Shown: one piece after another, positions 58,495 to 64,000 of the stretch | Layout of the letters: each line of letters begins with the position of its first letter | Position numbering within the stretch: position 1 is the first letter of the stretch | Source: Fibrobacteria bacterium | GTDB taxonomy: Bacteria > Fibrobacterota > Fibrobacteria > UBA11236 | Assembly (NCBI GenBank): GCA_043732185.1 | Contig: JAYTHY010000059.1 | Span: 28,962-92,961, forward strand | DNA: 64,000 bases | Reading direction: 5' to 3' | The notes under the pieces: model-generated | Seen by the model: only the letters and a program-made list of their open reading frames with translations | Told to the model about the DNA's origin: nothing | The model's database searches: none | Made by a program: the position numbers and the translations under genes

Positions 58495-59601
58495 TTAGAC
58501 ATTGAATAGGAAGTGCATTATGTCACCGTCCTTCACAATATATTCTTTGCCTTCCTTACGCACTAAACCTTTTTCTTTAGCCGCCTGCCAGGTGCCGAAC
58601 TTGATAAAATCGGGATAGGCCAAGGTCTCGGCGCTAATGAATCCGCGCTCGAAGTCGCTGTGAATGACACCGGCTGCATTGGGTGCTGTCCAACCCTTGT
58701 GTACAGTCCAGGCCCGCACTTCCTGTTCGCCCGCGGTGAAATAAGTTTGAAGTCCCAACATGGCAAAGCCTTTGCGGATAACCATGCTCAGGCCCGATTC
58801 TTTTAAACCCATCTCCGCCAAAAATGCCGCTTTTTCTTCTTCGCCGAGTTCGGCGATTTCGCTTTCAATTTTGCCGCTAAAAACCAGCACATCGCTGCCT
58901 TGGGTTTTGGCGTAGGCTTGCATGGCTGTCAAGTGGGCGTTACCGGTATGAATTTCCTCTTCCCGAACATTGGCGCAATAAAACTGTGGCTTTATGGTTA
59001 ACAGCCCCAGGTCTTTAACCAGTAGGGATTCTTCCGGGGTCAGACCAGCGGTACGAGCCGGCTCACCTGCATCCAAAACGGCCTTGAGCTTTTCCAAAAT
59101 ATCCACGCGGACTTTGGCTTCCTTCGCCTCCTTGGTGGCCAAAACGGACATCTTCTTGTCCTTGGAAAGTTTTTTGTCGACCGTATCCATATCCCGTAAA
59201 GCGAGTTCCGTATTGACCACATCCGCATCGCGCACTGGATTGACGGAGCCATCCACGTGGGAAATATCGATGTCTTCAAAACAGCGGACAACATGCATGA
59301 TGGCGTCCGTTTCTCGAATGTGGGACAAGAACTGATTGCCCAGTCCTTCCCCTTTGGAAGCGCCTTTTACCAATCCGGCAATGTCCACAAACTGCATCAC
59401 GGCCGGTAAAATTCCTTTTTTCGGTTTGTAAACCTTAGCGAGTTCCTGGAGCCGGGCATCGGGAATTCCAACCATGCCGACATTTGGCTCTTTGGTGCAA
59501 AATGGAAAGTTCGCGGCTTCGGCCCCGGCGCTCGTTAGCGCGTTAAAAATGGTGGACTTGCCCACATTCGGAAGTCCGACAATGCCGCATTTGAAACCCA
59601 T
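58495..59601 (-). CDS. ychF: Redox-regulated ATPase YchF
   Basis: GIVGLPNVGKST, DIAGLVKGASKGEGLGNQFL, AAGVIHSDFERGFI, EGKEY. Confidence 0.98.
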   Translation of the reverse strand: MGFKCGIVGLPNVGKSTIFNALTSAGAEAANFPFCTKEPNVGMVGIPDARLQELAKVYKPKKGILPAVMQFVDIAGLVKGASKGEGLGNQFLSHIRETDAIMHVVRCFEDIDISHVDGSVNPVRDADVVNTELALRDMDTVDKKLSKDKKMSVLATKEAKEAKVRVDILEKLKAVLDAGEPARTAGLTPEESLLVKDLGLLTIKPQFYCANVREEEIHTGNAHLTAMQAYAKTQGSDVLVFSGKIESEIAELGEEEKAAFLAEMGLKESGLSMVIRKGFAMLGLQTYFTAGEQEVRAWTVHKGWTAPNAAGVIHSDFERGFISAETLAYPDFIKFGTWQAAKEKGLVRKEGKEYIVKDGDIMHFLFNV

Positions 59602-59840
59602 GGAAATAACCTCATTTCAGTCGTATTAATGCATTTTCATTTGAAAACGAGAAAAAATACGATTTTAAGGGGTAGGTTGGGGATTTATTTTTTATCGGAG
59701 TTATTTGCGATATTTGTGGTTATGCCCAGTCGCTGGCCATTCCGGTATTTCCGTCGCACTGGGAAAGTTGGATAATGTTGGTATGCGGGCAATGTCACCA
59801 CAACTCACATATTATCAGCTACTTAGGGTGGGGGACCACG

Positions 59841-61544
59841 ATGGCTAACCTGCGCGCGCAGCTGCTACGGATGCAGCATGAGACCTATACGAAGAATCTC
59901 AAGCAGGTTAAGCGTAGTCTGGGAGCCAATCCCATTGTGACGCGGTATGGCAAAGAATACCATCGCTATTTGAAGTCCTATCAAAATGTATCCACCAAGG
60001 CGGATCTCCTCCGTCGCGTTCAGGCCAGCGATATTGTGTACCACGGGGACTACCATACCTTGCGCCATTCCCAGCGCTCGATTTTGGCAATGCTTCAGGA
60101 ACTGTCGGGCAAACGCGAAATCGTCCTATGTTTGGAGATGTTTCATGGAGTCGATCAGAAATGGGTCGACCTGTTCATGTCTGGGGAAGTGGATGAAAAA
60201 TCATTCCTCAACAAAATTGGGTATGCCCGTAAGTGGGCCTACAATTGGAATCCTTGGCGGCATATTCTCGATTTCTGTCGTGAAAAAAAAATTCCCGTAC
60301 TTGGCATCAATATGGAAGAACCGGATCCGGAAAAATCTCTCCCGACTCGCGACATCTACTCCGCTCAGGTGATCGGCCAGGCCCTGATTCGCCACCCCGG
60401 TTCCTTGATTTACGTGGTCGATGGCGACTATCATATTTCGCCCAACCACCTCCCTCGTGAAGTTGAAAACAGGTTAAAGCCGCTTGGTATAACTCCTCAG
60501 TATACCATCATTTATCAAAATTCAGAGACCCTTTACTGGAAGCTGGCGCTGGAGCGCAAAGAAGAAGCCGATGTCCTGCAAATAAGCTCCGATAGCTTCT
60601 GTCTGATGAATACCGTGCCCGCTACAAAACTGCAATCGTATTTGGACTGGCTTGAGTTTGCCGAAGATGGCTACTTCCCGGTACGCGGAAATTGGGCCGA
60701 GCTTTCCGGCGAAAACTATTTCAATCAAATTCAAGGTATTGTCCAAAACCTCGATTCGCTTTTCCAATTCAAGTTTCCCATGGAAAACCTGGAAAGGTTA
60801 ACGGTTTATTCTAGCCGCAACCTGGACTTCACTGAGGTCATTCAGAACACTCCGGAGCTCAAGGGTAGTCTACGCGTGGTCAAGGACAAGATCAGGCGCG
60901 GAGAGGGGTTTCTGCTGGAATACAGGGAAGGCGGTATGGACTCCTTTTTGATCTATTTACCCAATTCCAGTATCAACCAAGTGGCAGAAGAAGCCACTCA
61001 CTTGATAAACCTGGTTTTGCGTGGTCCGTTAGAGAAAATGCCGCGTGGCCACCATTATTTTTACAACAATGTCATGACGGAAGCGCTGGGATTTTTCGGT
61101 TCCAAAATGATCAATGAGAAGCGCAAGGCTCCGACGGAATCCTCCTTGCGACTTTTCCTGGGTAAGGTGAAACAGGGATGGGATTCCCCAAATCAAGCCG
61201 AGACGGTCAAGGTTTCGCGACTCATCCTACAGCATTTGCATTTGGAAAAAAGAAGTTCCCGGGAGTTCGATTTCCGAAAGAAATTTGTGGAAATCTATCC
61301 GGAGCGATCCAGTCTGCCACAGGTTTTCAGCACCCAGCTTGGCTATATGCTCGGCAACAAGCTCTACTATGCAGTTAAAAAAGGGCTAATCCCATTGCGG
61401 GATATCCGTGCCTTGTTTTATGAACGCTTCGACACGCCAGGTCATGCCTTTGCAACGTATATCCGCTTTGTCGAACGCCTCAACCACATCCGTAAACCGC
61501 TTTCCCACGAAGAACCTCCCAGGCCCTTTGCAGCCAGCGCCTAA
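59841..61544 (+). CDS. ChaN/EreA-like (Tiki superfamily) domain protein with long C-terminal extension, no signal peptide
   Basis: DIVYHGDYH, LCLEMF...Q..D.F..G, IPVLGIN, RD, GDYH. Confidence 0.65.
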   Translation: MANLRAQLLRMQHETYTKNLKQVKRSLGANPIVTRYGKEYHRYLKSYQNVSTKADLLRRVQASDIVYHGDYHTLRHSQRSILAMLQELSGKREIVLCLEMFHGVDQKWVDLFMSGEVDEKSFLNKIGYARKWAYNWNPWRHILDFCREKKIPVLGINMEEPDPEKSLPTRDIYSAQVIGQALIRHPGSLIYVVDGDYHISPNHLPREVENRLKPLGITPQYTIIYQNSETLYWKLALERKEEADVLQISSDSFCLMNTVPATKLQSYLDWLEFAEDGYFPVRGNWAELSGENYFNQIQGIVQNLDSLFQFKFPMENLERLTVYSSRNLDFTEVIQNTPELKGSLRVVKDKIRRGEGFLLEYREGGMDSFLIYLPNSSINQVAEEATHLINLVLRGPLEKMPRGHHYFYNNVMTEALGFFGSKMINEKRKAPTESSLRLFLGKVKQGWDSPNQAETVKVSRLILQHLHLEKRSSREFDFRKKFVEIYPERSSLPQVFSTQLGYMLGNKLYYAVKKGLIPLRDIRALFYERFDTPGHAFATYIRFVERLNHIRKPLSHEEPPRPFAASA

Positions 61545-61601
61545 CTCAGAATGAGCATCGACACCTAGAATCAAGCCTTCAGTCTGTGTAGTTTTAAGTC
61601 G

Positions 61602-62447
61602 ATGCCATCCATTTCAAATCTTTCCTCAACTGTTCGGTTGCCCTCTATTGTTCTAATCGGTCTGCTCTACCTCAATATCGGTTGGGATTTTTCCCGGGCA
61701 GAGGATTTTTCGTATCAAATTCGGACAGCACTATTTTCCAATCGGCAATTTTTTTGGCCTTCTCTCACATCGCACAATAATCCGGCGGAGGCAAACGCAG
61801 TAAAGCCTCCGGTATCTCCGATGCCTTTTAATCTTCACCTTGGGGTGCTCCCCATCCATATCCAACAGTACCGGGAATCGATTCCATGTGATTCCTGCCA
61901 TAGGCTTTCTGCCAATGGAATGGAGTTCTATTTGGAAAACTACTGGAAGGACAAGTTGGCGGGGAGATTTCCCAATGTCCAGGTTGAACTGTTGGCACCC
62001 CATTTTAAATTGGTGGAAAACCAAAAGCTGGATTTGATGGCCTTGCTGGACAGCCTTCCGTTTCCTTGGTCCAAATGGTTTCCGGATTCAACGGAAAGTT
62101 TGATATATCGTCCCCGAGAACGCATGACAGACACTAAAACGCGCCAAGCTCTGGATCGTGTGGGCGGGCTTTTGAATCAAGACTATTTGCTGATAACAAC
62201 CGGTATTGACATTTCTATCAAACCACTTATTTCCAACGGACATACAGGTGGATTCCATTGGAGGTTTGACTTGATTTTCTGGAACGTGCGGGAAGGCAGA
62301 GTGGAATGGGCCATGCGCTATCATGGCAACGCTGGTTTTATGGATTTGGACAAATCTCTGGACAACCATCTTGACAATGCGATGGGGGCCGTATGGGACG
62401 GGCTGCCTCGCGATCTTGAGGCTTTGTGGACAGCGGAGCCTCGCTAA
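61602..62447 (+). CDS. Hypothetical exported protein with a single CxxCH motif
   Basis: N-terminal hydrophobic segment; CDSCH at 61887-61901. Confidence 0.6.
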   Translation: MPSISNLSSTVRLPSIVLIGLLYLNIGWDFSRAEDFSYQIRTALFSNRQFFWPSLTSHNNPAEANAVKPPVSPMPFNLHLGVLPIHIQQYRESIPCDSCHRLSANGMEFYLENYWKDKLAGRFPNVQVELLAPHFKLVENQKLDLMALLDSLPFPWSKWFPDSTESLIYRPRERMTDTKTRQALDRVGGLLNQDYLLITTGIDISIKPLISNGHTGGFHWRFDLIFWNVREGRVEWAMRYHGNAGFMDLDKSLDNHLDNAMGAVWDGLPRDLEALWTAEPR

Positions 62448-62557
62448 TTCCGCCACAATTTTTGAGGTTATTTAGGCTGAATGGGCCCTATCCGTAGCGA
62501 GGCTTAAGCTAACGCGCTTTAATTACGATATGATTGGTAACGGGGGTTTATGTAACT

Positions 62558-63286
62558 ATGAAAGTTATCCGTCCCAATTGCCGTGCCCAGTTTACGCCAG
62601 CCGATTATGATTTTGTCAGCACCGTGTTGGCGTTGCCCATCCAGGGTCAGGAATCGGAACGCATTTATCGATTGTTCAAAGACCAGGATAGCCTGGACCA
62701 AATGCTGGATCATCCTCGGATTTTTCGCGCGCTGTTGGATACGAGAAGCTGCCTGTCTGTTTCCATGCACTTCTATTTCTATGTGTTGGTCAGGAATGTG
62801 CTACTGAAAGAGGACATTCTCGAGCGGGAAGTGGCCGATTATGTGGCAGAGGTTTTAGCGGAATTCGCCCTGCTGACCCGGCTCAGGAAACGGAATCCAT
62901 CAGACTCTCAGCCGCTGGAGTATCTCTTTGAAATGGTCGGGGCTTTGGAGCAGATGGAAGAAGGGGAGCGCTTTGCCATGCAAACCCATATCGGCAATTA
63001 CGCGCTTTTTCAGTCCGGAATTTATCCCAATCAAGTGCTACAGCGGGTCCAACGGCGCGGGGCCCCAGGATTCAAATATTATGAAGAGATGGGCAGCGCG
63101 TACTTTCGCATGGCAGGCACTCATTTCTTGGCAAAAAAATTGGACATGGTGGCGATATACAATACTTTGGGCGAAGCGTTTCATGTTACACGGTTGGCGC
63201 TCAACCATCTTTCCGAGAAGCTGGTCTTTCTGGAAACGGATCGGGCCGTGCGCGATTTGCTGCGAGAGGTCGATGGATCTGGCTAG
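62558..63286 (+). CDS. Hypothetical alpha-helical protein
   Basis: Long ORF; motifs VADYVAEVL, HIGNYALFQSGIYP, YYEEMG..Y. Confidence 0.65.
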   Translation: MKVIRPNCRAQFTPADYDFVSTVLALPIQGQESERIYRLFKDQDSLDQMLDHPRIFRALLDTRSCLSVSMHFYFYVLVRNVLLKEDILEREVADYVAEVLAEFALLTRLRKRNPSDSQPLEYLFEMVGALEQMEEGERFAMQTHIGNYALFQSGIYPNQVLQRVQRRGAPGFKYYEEMGSAYFRMAGTHFLAKKLDMVAIYNTLGEAFHVTRLALNHLSEKLVFLETDRAVRDLLREVDGSG

Positions 63287-63299
63287 ATGGATCTGGCTA
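63272..63299 (+). repeat. Perfect 14-bp tandem duplication
   Basis: GATGGATCTGGCTA x2 spanning the stop codon at 63284-63286. Confidence 0.9.
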
Positions 63300-63347
63300 A
63301 GATGCAACCAGTCCAACTTGCTAATCGCTGAATCATCTTTTCAAAAT

Positions 63348-63875
63348 TCATAGGGATACGGCACCGAGAGACAGAATGAATAATAAGGCATTCAATGCCG
63401 TCATCACTACCCATCCCAAAACACAGGCACCAACCGACCTTAAGGTACTGGTATAGTCGAGCGCTTGGCGGACCGCAATCACAAAGGCTGCGAGCATCCA
63501 AAGGGATGCAATCAGTCGAATCAAGGGTCCCAGTCCAGGCAGAAAGCAAAATATTTGGAAAAATCCAGGTGCACTTGCAAAACCAGTGCATCGCAAAATT
63601 TCTCCCCAGGTCGAGCGAGTCTGCGGTTCAGGTATTAATTTGGTTCCAATGAAATACGTAAGATAGGCCCAGGCAAACCATCCTAGCAAGGCGATGATCG
63701 CGGACGCCAGTATTCCCGTGACACCGCCCCGCATGCCGCCAATACCGGCCGCCAAGCTGGAAAGGAGCACGGTGAGTATGGCTTGATTTAAAGCCGATGG
63801 ATCGGCCTCTACTTCTTCGTATAGGGATGGATTGAGCTTAATGGCTAGGATCAAACGATTTGGATAGGTATTCAT
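63348..63875 (-). CDS. YIP1-family membrane protein
   Basis: YEEVEAD..ALNQA, GFASAPG, AVRQALD; about 5 TMs. Confidence 0.8.
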   Translation of the reverse strand: MNTYPNRLILAIKLNPSLYEEVEADPSALNQAILTVLLSSLAAGIGGMRGGVTGILASAIIALLGWFAWAYLTYFIGTKLIPEPQTRSTWGEILRCTGFASAPGFFQIFCFLPGLGPLIRLIASLWMLAAFVIAVRQALDYTSTLRSVGACVLGWVVMTALNALLFILSLGAVSL

Positions 63876-63924
63876 TTTTGGGCTTTCCGCTTTACCGATT
63901 AAATTGTATATTCTTTTTCATCGG

Positions 63925-64000
<76 letters not shown>

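Noticed and set aside
59602..59840. Riboswitch or ncRNA in the ychF/ChaN intergenic region
   Set aside because: Only a weak CCCAGT...ACTGGG pairing; no aptamer consensus recognised

Overview
Gene-dense, standard-code bacterial chromosomal segment. It is most consistent with a Fibrobacterota/FCB-group organism; this is inferred from a PorU-type C25 sortase, several proteins with T9SS-type C-terminal domains, an AgmX/PglI-like TonB-C protein, futalosine menaquinone genes and a long-clade PPi-PFK. I find about 50 CDS and 4 tRNAs (Ile2-CAT, Pro-GGG, Lys-CTT, initiator Met). Housekeeping genes include nrdR, pfp, xerD, speA, manC, mqnB/D, ugd, hldD, nth and ychF. There are also two diguanylate cyclases, a sigma54-type promoter before flgF-flgG-flgA-flgH-flgI, and a ZIP/Fur-family pair with a perfect 7-1-7 operator. 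I see no CRISPR array, prophage, IS or defence island, and no single unmistakable new system. The best leads are: (i) a 724-aa EF-hand plus membrane-anchor protein coupled to nth; (ii) a recurrent TAnnnT-N6-start leaderless gene architecture; (iii) a SRAP/HMCES protein ending in a beta-clamp-like motif; (iv) a cytoplasmic ChaN/zincin-like fusion next to a CxxCH protein; (v) a pseudo-receiver/DGC/TPR-TonB-C operon; and (vi) T9SS plus flagellum in one genome. All family calls come from motif recognition by eye, not database searches.
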